From: Patescibacteria group bacterium
GTDB taxonomy: Bacteria > Patescibacteriota > Minisyncoccia > Phycocordibacterales > CSBR16-119
Length of the DNA: 64,000 nucleotides
Assembly (NCBI GenBank): GCA_052033715.1
Contig: JBPOJJ010000003.1
Span: forward strand, 52,383 to 116,382
Direction: 5' to 3'
Shown: in pieces, positions 12,271 through 19,462 of the stretch
Numbering within the stretch: the stretch's first letter is position 1
Layout of the letters: the number at the start of each line of letters is the position of its first letter
The notes under the pieces: model-generated
The model's database searches: none
The model's input: only the letters and a program-made list of their open reading frames with translations
Told to the model about the DNA's origin: nothing
Position numbers and translations under genes: made by a program

Positions 12271-12389
12271 AGACGCGCAATCTGTGGGGAGCGCCTTTCA
12301 ATGATGGAAGGCGCTTTCGCTTTTACTACGGAGTTCATGCTATATTATTTGTACTTACCCCCTACAAACTTCGACGGGGGATTTAGAAT

Positions 12390-15056
12390 ATGAATAAAAA
12401 AATTAATAAAAACGTCGATTACGGCGAAATAGTAGTGAAGGGCGCCAGAACACATAATTTGAAAAATGTGTCTGTTTCAATGCCTCGAAACAAGATGATC
12501 GTCTTTACGGGTCTTTCAGGATCGGGTAAGTCATCTCTCGCGTTCGACACAATTTTCGCTGAAGGCCAGCGTCGATATGTGGAGTCTCTTTCTTCTTACG
12601 CGCGCCAGTTTCTGTCTCAAATGCCGAAGCCTGATGTCGACGAGATCACGGGACTTTCGCCAGCAATTTCGATCGATCAAAAATCTCGCTCGAATAACCC
12701 GCGTTCGACTGTGGCGACGATTACAGAAATTTACGACTACTTGCGTGTACTCTATGCGCGCGTCGGCCGACCCTACAGTCCGATCTCGGGATTGGAAATC
12801 AAAAAACTTTCCAACCAAGAAATTTCTGAATTTATCAAAAATAAAGTTTCTGATCTTTCGAAAAAAGGAAACAATAAGAAAGTAATGGGCGCCGAATGGA
12901 ATGACACCCAGATTCACATCTTCTCGCCGGTTGTGCGCGGAAGAAAGGGTGAATACTATCAGTATCTCTACGATTTACTCGGCAAAGGTTACACCCAGAT
13001 ACGAATTGATGGTCGGATGAAAAATCTGCGCGAATCGATCGAGCTTTCCAAGAACAAGAAACATGAAATCGATTTACTCGTCGACTCTTTTGCAGTGCAC
13101 GAGATGCGTGATAACGGTCAAGACTTTGAAATGCGTTTGGGTGAAGCGATTGAGCGCGCCATTACCGAGTCCGAGGGCTTCATCAGAATTGTCGTTGGCG
13201 AACCTGATGTGGTCAAAGCCGAGAAGCTCGCTGACAAGCACGAAGAAACTTTGCTTTCAGCTAAACTTATTTGTCCAGAAGATGGTTATGTTTTTCCAGA
13301 AATCGAACCGAGACTTTTCTCTTTCAACTCGCCATACGGCGCATGTCCGGCATGTAATGGTCTGGGCACGAAACATCTTTTTGGTACTGAACCATGTGCG
13401 ACCTGCAACGGCGCCAGACTTCGCGAGGAAGCTCTAAACGTATTTCTGGGTGGAAAGCAGAAGGGCGTAAACATTGTCACATTTACCGGTATGACCATCC
13501 GTGATGCGTATGAATTTATTTCAACGGTTCCACTCACCGCCAAGGAACGCGAAATCTCCGCAGTGATCATCAAAGAGATCGAAGATCGTCTGAAATTCAT
13601 GCTAAACGTCGGACTCGATTATTTGGCGCTTGAACGTCGAGCCAACACGTTATCGGGCGGAGAAGCTCAGCGAATTCGCCTGGCGTCACAGCTCGGTTCC
13701 AGACTTGTCGGTGCGATGTACGTTCTCGATGAGCCGACAATCGGACTTCATCAGCGTGACAACGATCGGCTGATCAAGACTCTAGAAGAATTACGTGATC
13801 TTGGAAACACTATCGTCGTTGTTGAGCATGACGAAGATACTATTTATGCATCAGATTATATCGTCGACATTGGTCCAAAAGCTGGCGTCCATGGTGGGGA
13901 AATAATCGTGGCGGATTATCTCGATGAATTGCTCACTGCCAAGACGAATAAGTCAAAGTCGAGAACGCTCGCGTACTTGCGCGAAGAAGAATTTATTCCG
14001 ATTCCAGAATCTCGTCGTGAGGCCGATAAGGGCTGGATCAAAATTCGCGGAGGCAAAATTTTCAACATTGATAACCTAAACGTCGATGTGCCACTGGGTC
14101 GCATGACCGTCATTACAGGTGTGTCGGGTTCCGGAAAATCCTCTTTCATGTACGAAATACTCGACAAGAATTTGCGCGCCAGATTTGATCGTCGCTATCG
14201 AAGTGCCCAAACTTTCAATTGCGCTTCGTTTGCTGGAGCCGAATCTGTTTCGCGTTCGATTCTTATTGATCAATCACCAATTGGCCGAACACCGCGCTCG
14301 AATGTAGCGACTTATACTGGCGCATGGGGACATATCCGTGACATGTTTGCCGAGAGTGAAGAAGCCAGACTTCGTGGTTGGAAAGCGAATCGATTTTCAT
14401 TCAATGTCAAAGGTGGACGTTGTGAAGCCTGCGAGGGTCGCGGACTCGTGGCAGTGGAGATGCATTTCTTGCCGACAGTTTATGTGAAGTGCGATATCTG
14501 CGATGGCAAAAGATTCGACAAAGAAACTCTAAAAGTAAAATACAAAGGCAAAAATATTCACGACATTTTGAAAATGACCGTCGAAGACGGATTGAAATTC
14601 TTTGAAGATATCCCGGCTATTGCTGATCGGCTCGTGACGCTTGATGACGTTGGACTTGGTTATATCGAAATCGGTCAACCAGCAACGACGCTTTCGGGCG
14701 GGGAAGCCCAGCGTGTAAAAATATCATCTGAACTTTACAGACCGATGACAGAGCGAACAATTTATCTACTCGACGAACCAACTGTCGGGCTTCACTACGA
14801 CGACGTGGCGAAACTTATCGAAGTTTTAAACAAGCTCGTTGTCCGTGGAAATTCTGTCGTCATCATTGAACACAATCTAGATCTCATCAAAGTCGCGGAC
14901 TACATCATCGATCTTGGGCCCGAGGGCGGGGAATTGGGAGGCAAACTCATAGCCAAAGGCACGCCCGAAGAAGTCGCAAACACGGAAAAATCACATACCG
15001 GAAAATATTTGAAGAAAGTTTTGGTTAAGACGAAAAAGGTAATGAAAAATACATAG
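12390..15056 (+). CDS. uvrA: excinuclease ABC subunit A
   Basis: Two ABC ATPase modules (GLSGSGKSSLAFDTIFAEGQRRYVESLSSYARQF; second Walker A GVSGSGKSS), zinc fingers. Confidence 0.95.
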   Translation: MNKKINKNVDYGEIVVKGARTHNLKNVSVSMPRNKMIVFTGLSGSGKSSLAFDTIFAEGQRRYVESLSSYARQFLSQMPKPDVDEITGLSPAISIDQKSRSNNPRSTVATITEIYDYLRVLYARVGRPYSPISGLEIKKLSNQEISEFIKNKVSDLSKKGNNKKVMGAEWNDTQIHIFSPVVRGRKGEYYQYLYDLLGKGYTQIRIDGRMKNLRESIELSKNKKHEIDLLVDSFAVHEMRDNGQDFEMRLGEAIERAITESEGFIRIVVGEPDVVKAEKLADKHEETLLSAKLICPEDGYVFPEIEPRLFSFNSPYGACPACNGLGTKHLFGTEPCATCNGARLREEALNVFLGGKQKGVNIVTFTGMTIRDAYEFISTVPLTAKEREISAVIIKEIEDRLKFMLNVGLDYLALERRANTLSGGEAQRIRLASQLGSRLVGAMYVLDEPTIGLHQRDNDRLIKTLEELRDLGNTIVVVEHDEDTIYASDYIVDIGPKAGVHGGEIIVADYLDELLTAKTNKSKSRTLAYLREEEFIPIPESRREADKGWIKIRGGKIFNIDNLNVDVPLGRMTVITGVSGSGKSSFMYEILDKNLRARFDRRYRSAQTFNCASFAGAESVSRSILIDQSPIGRTPRSNVATYTGAWGHIRDMFAESEEARLRGWKANRFSFNVKGGRCEACEGRGLVAVEMHFLPTVYVKCDICDGKRFDKETLKVKYKGKNIHDILKMTVEDGLKFFEDIPAIADRLVTLDDVGLGYIEIGQPATTLSGGEAQRVKISSELYRPMTERTIYLLDEPTVGLHYDDVAKLIEVLNKLVVRGNSVVIIEHNLDLIKVADYIIDLGPEGGELGGKLIAKGTPEEVANTEKSHTGKYLKKVLVKTKKVMKNT

Positions 15057-15064
15057 CGAGTGAT

Positions 15065-15108
15065 GGCTAAAAACAGAAAACCCACACGGAGTGAGTTTCC
15101 CGTGCGGG
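15065..15108 (-). terminator. candidate terminator for the small minus-strand gene
   Basis: cccgcacgg / ccgtgtggg imperfect hairpin followed by a T-run on the minus strand. Confidence 0.4.
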
Positions 15109-15118
15109 CTGTAGTTGC

Positions 15119-15280
15119 TTATTTGTTCTGGTGGTTCGAGATGTCTATGGTCAACAGGGCGCAGAATGCCGCGCATCCGAAGCAGAGAGCGCTAAGGAAT
15201 TTCTCTGACTCAAAGTAGACTCCCAAGAACACAGCTGCGCCGGTGTAAAGTGCTAGTATTGCCAAGCCTGACTTTTTCAT
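15119..15280 (-). CDS. small two-TM membrane protein (~53 aa from MKKSGL)
   Basis: Two hydrophobic helices; terminator downstream. Confidence 0.35.
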   Translation of the reverse strand: MKKSGLAILALYTGAAVFLGVYFESEKFLSALCFGCAAFCALLTIDISNHQNK

Positions 15281-15393
15281 GTCTCGTTTTGTTGTTGGTC
15301 CGAAGACCAAGGTTGGGTTTCAACTGAACTCTGATTACAACTATATACTAATATCTCAGTTTTGTCAAGCTCTAAAAACCCGACATTTTCTTG

Positions 15394-15422
15394 ATAAAAT
15401 AAAAGAACCCCGCTAGAGCGGG
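15394..15422 (-). terminator. terminator of the 49-aa ORF
   Basis: cccgctagagcggg hairpin then TTCTTTTATTTT on the minus strand. Confidence 0.4.
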
Positions 15423-15446
15423 ACCTTCTATTTCCGGAAAGGTGTG

Positions 15447-15596
15447 TTACTTTTCCTTGGGCACGAAGCGCTTTATTACAGCGCTGAACAAAGAACTGAA
15501 TGTCAGGCACACCAATGCTCCCAGTAGGAGAAGTTTCGTGTTTTCTGTCATGTCGTCGCGTGTTGCGACGTCGAGAATCGTTTTTTCTGTGATCAT
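15447..15596 (-). CDS. 49-aa single-TM protein (below the ORF-track cutoff)
   Basis: Hand translation MITEKTILDVATRDDMTENTKLLLLGALVCLTFSSLFSAVIKRFVPKEK; own terminator; no clear SD. Confidence 0.3.
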   Translation of the reverse strand: MITEKTILDVATRDDMTENTKLLLLGALVCLTFSSLFSAVIKRFVPKEK

Positions 15597-15673
15597 TTGG
15601 TAAGAGTTCGGCAACACTATAGCTTTTTATTCTAGATTGGTCAAAATGTGGAAAACCAAGTAAGATAAAAATC

Positions 15674-16873
15674 ATGAAAAGGAAAGGAATTCCAAAACTA
15701 CCTGACAAACCAGGCGTCTATATATTCAAGTCTGGTAACAAGGTTCTGTATGTCGGCCGGGCGACGTCTCTTCGCGATCGAGTGCGGAGCTATTTCGGCG
15801 ATGACCTGATCGATACTCGCGGACCGCTCCTGGTCGACATGATTACAACATCAAAAACGCTAGAACACCTAACTACAGATTCAGTCCTCGAAGCAATCAT
15901 CTTGGAAGCCAATCTAATAAAAAAATATCAGCCAATTTATAACACCAAAGAAAAAGATGACAAGAGTTTTTATAATGTCGTTATTACAGAAGAGGGTTTC
16001 CCAAAAGTTTTATTGGAACGTGAAAGCGACCTACGCACTACGCACTACGAGCTACGCGCTAGCTTTGGGCCCTTTCCAAACGGCCCGGCTATTCGTGAAG
16101 GGTTGAAAATAATTAGAAAAATTTTCCCATTTCATGATGGTAGCTCAATAAAGAAAGACCAATTCACTTTTTACCGACAACTCGGTCTTGCACCGGACAC
16201 TAGTAATGTTGACGCACAAAAGTCTTATAACAAAAATATTGAAAATATCATTTTGTTTTTCAAGGGCAAGAAAAAAGAACTTTTGAAGAATTTGGAAAAA
16301 GAGATGATGATGTTGGCACGAAGCCAAGAATTTGAAAAAGCGAGTCTTGTTAGAAACAAGATTAGTGCGCTCCAACACATTCGCGACGTGTCTCTCATCA
16401 AGCGCGAAGAATTGCTTAGAAAAAGCGGGAACTTTCGTATCGAAGCGTATGATATTTCTCACATATCAGGGAAGTCGATGGTCGGCGTGATGACGGTCGT
16501 GACTGATGGTGTGGCGGATAAGAACGAGTATAGGAAATTCCGCATTCGCGGATACGACACCTCAAATGACGTCGGTGCTCTAGCCGAAGTCATCAAGCGT
16601 CGACTCGGACATCCAGAATGGCTGTATCCAAACTTGGTTGTTGTTGACGGATCGGTCGCCCAGAAGAGGAAAGTGGAAACTATTTTCAACGAACTTGGTG
16701 TGCAAATTCCAGTCGTGGCAGTGGTGAAAAATGAACGTCATAAACCAAAGGCAATTCTCGGGAATAAGAAAATTACTATCGAGCATGAAAAAGACATCAT
16801 TTTGGCTAATGCCGAGTCACACAGATTCGCTTTGCGATATCACCAGGATAGACGAAGCCAATTTCTTAAATAA
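15674..16873 (+). CDS. uvrC: excinuclease ABC subunit C, short form lacking C-terminal HhH
   Basis: GIY-YIG (GVYIFKS...VLYVGRA), UVR-like segment, RNase H-like endonuclease domain (IEAYDISHISG...VVVDGSVAQ). Confidence 0.85.
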   Translation: MKRKGIPKLPDKPGVYIFKSGNKVLYVGRATSLRDRVRSYFGDDLIDTRGPLLVDMITTSKTLEHLTTDSVLEAIILEANLIKKYQPIYNTKEKDDKSFYNVVITEEGFPKVLLERESDLRTTHYELRASFGPFPNGPAIREGLKIIRKIFPFHDGSSIKKDQFTFYRQLGLAPDTSNVDAQKSYNKNIENIILFFKGKKKELLKNLEKEMMMLARSQEFEKASLVRNKISALQHIRDVSLIKREELLRKSGNFRIEAYDISHISGKSMVGVMTVVTDGVADKNEYRKFRIRGYDTSNDVGALAEVIKRRLGHPEWLYPNLVVVDGSVAQKRKVETIFNELGVQIPVVAVVKNERHKPKAILGNKKITIEHEKDIILANAESHRFALRYHQDRRSQFLK

Positions 16874-16888
16874 TGATAAAATATCTTC

Positions 16889-17884
16889 ATGTTAAATGGA
16901 GATAAAACTCGCGTCGGGGTTTTGCGCGGTGGCGTGGGACCGGAATACAATGTTTCTCTAGAAACTGGCTCTTATGTGCTGGCGCATATTTCGCGCGACA
17001 AATATAGAGCCATCGACATATTGATTGATCGAGACGGTGTCTGGCATCAAAACGGCATACCAATGAGTCCGGACGATATTGGAATTCATATTGACGTGGT
17101 TTTTAATTGCTTACACGGATCAGATGGCGAAGACGGCCGGATCCAGAAATTCCTCGAAAGTAGAGATATTCCATTTGTGGGATCAGACACTCTCTCGTCG
17201 GCTCTGACCGGAAACAAAACCGCCACCAAAGAACGTTTAAAATCGATTGGTTACAAGACTCCACGATATGTCGTCCTCCAAGACCTGGGTCGATTCACCG
17301 ACGAGACCGAAAAATTAAATCATATCCGACGTAAAGCGATGGAAGTTTTTAAAAAACTCGGCGGTTCGTGGATCGTCAAACCTATTTTGGGAAGTGCTTC
17401 GACCCACACGTATCTCGTCACAAGTTTCTCCGAGCTTATTTCCATACTGCATCACTTGGCGGACATGTTTAATGAAATTTTGATTGAAGAATACGTCGAA
17501 GGCAAAGAAGTCGTCTCGGCAATTCTCGAAGGCTACAGAAATGAAAATCATTATGCGATGCCGACCCACGAAGTTATGTCGCGCGAGAACATGCCAAAGG
17601 CTGGGCCGAAACCGATGGGTTTGCACCGTGTGTACGTCGTCGGTAAAGACAGCGTCCAGAAAAAGAAAATTGAAGACATGACTCGTGAAATTCATCGTGA
17701 ATTTGGTCTTGCTGATTTTTCACTTGTCGAATACATCATTTCTCCAAAAGAAGAAATTTATGTAATCGAAGTCGACTCGGTGCCGATTCTCGGTCGCGGT
17801 ATGCCAGTACATAGCTTGCTTGAGTCAGTTGGGGTGTCCGAAGCTGATTTCATCGATCACCTGATTTCGAGGAATATAAAATGA
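16889..17884 (+). CDS. ddl: D-alanine--D-alanine ligase (ATP-grasp)
   Basis: RVGVLRGGVGPEYNVSL...NCLHGSDGEDGRIQ...WIVKP ATP-grasp pattern. Confidence 0.75.
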   Translation: MLNGDKTRVGVLRGGVGPEYNVSLETGSYVLAHISRDKYRAIDILIDRDGVWHQNGIPMSPDDIGIHIDVVFNCLHGSDGEDGRIQKFLESRDIPFVGSDTLSSALTGNKTATKERLKSIGYKTPRYVVLQDLGRFTDETEKLNHIRRKAMEVFKKLGGSWIVKPILGSASTHTYLVTSFSELISILHHLADMFNEILIEEYVEGKEVVSAILEGYRNENHYAMPTHEVMSRENMPKAGPKPMGLHRVYVVGKDSVQKKKIEDMTREIHREFGLADFSLVEYIISPKEEIYVIEVDSVPILGRGMPVHSLLESVGVSEADFIDHLISRNIK

Positions 17885-18450
17885 AGAAATTGAAACGTTG
17901 TGCTTGGCCGGGGGAAGACAAGTTGATACAGAAGTATCACGACACCGAGTGGGGCAAACCAGAGCGTCGGGACGATAAAATTTTTCGTGCAATCATTCTC
18001 GATACTTTCCAAGCCGGACTTTCGTGGAAAATAATTTTGCACAAGAGAGATAACTTCGCCAAAGCATTTGATAATTTTGATTACGAGAAAATTGCGAAAT
18101 ACGGCGAAGCGAAGAAAGCGAAACTTTTAAAAGACGCCGGAATCATCAGAAATCGTTTGAAAATAAATGGCGCGGTCGAAAATGCCAAAGCCTTCATTCG
18201 TGTGCGTAAAGAATTTGGAACATTTTCGAAATACATTTGGGGATTCGTCGGCAACAAACCGATCAATAATAAATACAAAACTCATTCGCACATTGCCGCA
18301 CGAACAGAACTATCAGATAAAATCGCTCTCGACATGAAATCGCGAGGATTTAAATTTTGCGGTTCGACGGTCACATATGCCTTCATGCAGGGAATCGGGA
18401 TGGTGAATGATCATTTGACGAATTGTTTTCGATATAAAGAATTGAAATGA
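17881..18450 (+). CDS. tag: DNA-3-methyladenine glycosylase I
   Basis: YHDTEWGKPE...LDTFQAGLSWKIIL pattern of Tag. Confidence 0.88.
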   Translation: MKKLKRCAWPGEDKLIQKYHDTEWGKPERRDDKIFRAIILDTFQAGLSWKIILHKRDNFAKAFDNFDYEKIAKYGEAKKAKLLKDAGIIRNRLKINGAVENAKAFIRVRKEFGTFSKYIWGFVGNKPINNKYKTHSHIAARTELSDKIALDMKSRGFKFCGSTVTYAFMQGIGMVNDHLTNCFRYKELK

Positions 18451-18457
18451 AAATGAG

Positions 18458-18482
18458 AAGACCCGCTGTGCAGCGGGCCTTT
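18458..18482. terminator. bidirectional terminator (tag / 18504-18842 gene)
   Basis: gacccgctg-tgc-cagcgggc hairpin between convergent genes. Confidence 0.5.
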
Positions 18483-18503
18483 CATGTTTCGTGGAGCTGT
18501 TCC

Positions 18504-18842
18504 TCAAAGAGAGAGGTCGATCCCGTCCGAGGCGAGCTGGGAGATGATGCGGAAGTTGATGTTGATCCGCTGCCCAAATCGTCCCCCGAACTTCTTTTTG
18601 AGTCCCGAGCGCTTTTCCCGGCAGTATTTCTGCCAGCCTTCGATACCACCGACGACCTCTTGGATGTATACCACGGTGTCGTCGCTGTCTTCCTCGCCGA
18701 TCCTGAGGAGTTTGTCCAGCACCTTTGGACCGCCGGCTTCTTCCACTTCGGGGTAATGATCGGTGTCGAGCCAGAGCTGGTCTTGTTCGCTGTAATCCTT
18801 GTGAAGGCCTAGTGTGGTGACGATGAAATATCGCTTAGCCAT
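18504..18842 (-). CDS. hypothetical protein (GC-rich orphan)
   Basis: Protein-like composition; local GC ~55%; chosen over overlapping + strand ORFs. Confidence 0.4.
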   Translation of the reverse strand: MAKRYFIVTTLGLHKDYSEQDQLWLDTDHYPEVEEAGGPKVLDKLLRIGEEDSDDTVVYIQEVVGGIEGWQKYCREKRSGLKKKFGGRFGQRININFRIISQLASDGIDLSL

Positions 18843-18961
18843 GGCAGGGTGTTTTATGAGCTCTCGCTCGAGTTCGTTTAAAGATTACACCGAAGTCTGG
18901 AAATGTCAAACCGCCTTTGCAAAAGATCAAAAATTGTATAGAATATTGCCTGTTACTATTT

Positions 18962-19034
18962 GGGCCCTTAGCTTAGTTGGTAGAGCGCCGCTTTTGCAAA
19001 GCGGAGGTCAGGAGTTCGAATCTCCTAGGGTCCA
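18962..19034 (+). tRNA. tRNA-Ala (anticodon UGC), no encoded CCA
   Basis: GGGCCCT acceptor with G3:U70 Ala identity pair, anticodon loop TTTGCAA, T-loop GGAGTTCGAATCTCC, discriminator A. Confidence 0.9.
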
Positions 19035-19045
19035 CGCGTTGAAAA

Positions 19046-19078
19046 AAGAGCCCACTTTTTGAGTGGGCCTTTTTTCTT
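19046..19078 (+). terminator. rho-independent terminator after tRNA-Ala
   Basis: gcccact-ttttg-agtgggc followed by cttttttc. Confidence 0.6.
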
Positions 19079-19154
19079 GCGTGGACCCGTAAAGTAGGCA
19101 AACTGCTTTGCCTGCGGGGAGATTCGAAAGCCGCAACGATGTCGCTTGCGACAA

Positions 19155-19242
19155 GTGAGGCGGGGTCGCGAGTACTTTTGAGCGTAGCGAATTAGTAACT
19201 CGTGACCGAACCCTAGGGTCCACAAAAGACACAAAGTCCCAA
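19155..19242. repeat. repeat unit 1 (ggggtcgcg...agtaactcgtgaccgaaccctagggtccac...), contains 12 bp identical to the tRNA-Ala 3' end
   Basis: Direct comparison with 19327-19431; palindrome accctagggt; followed by a 13 bp-stem hairpin. Confidence 0.6.
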
Positions 19243-19326
19243 CTGCTTGGGATTTTGTGCTTTTGTGGAAGGCGCAGCGTTGTTTTTGTTTGAGTCCGCC
19301 CGAGGTGGACGAAAGGCAAAAACCGC

Positions 19327-19431
19327 GAGCCGGGGTCGCGCAAAATTACCGTCAGGTAATTTATGTGTGACCACAAAAACTCAGTAACTCGTGACCGAAC
19401 CCCGGGGTCCATCCAAGACACAAAACCCAGA
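19327..19431. repeat. repeat unit 2 (ggggtcgcg...agtaactcgtgaccgaaccccggggtcca...)
   Basis: ~85% identity to unit 1 over the 48 bp core; palindrome changed ccctaggg to ccccgggg (symmetry preserved). Confidence 0.6.
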
Positions 19432-19462
19432 TTTATTTATAGTATAATAAACAGACTGAAAC

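Noticed and set aside
11431-12389. tmRNA or RNase P RNA in the uvrB-uvrA spacer
   Set aside because: No tRNA-like 3' end (GGTTCGAxTCC...CCACCA), tag-peptide ORF ending in AA-stop, or P4/CR-I (AGGAAAGTCCGGGC) motifs could be located by eye. Left as an open question pending an Rfam scan.
15277-15708. 143-aa minus-strand ORF spanning the uvrA-uvrC spacer
   Set aside because: Low-complexity Arg/Ser-rich translation that overlaps the uvrC start; the region is better explained by a 49-aa ORF in another frame plus a promoter region.
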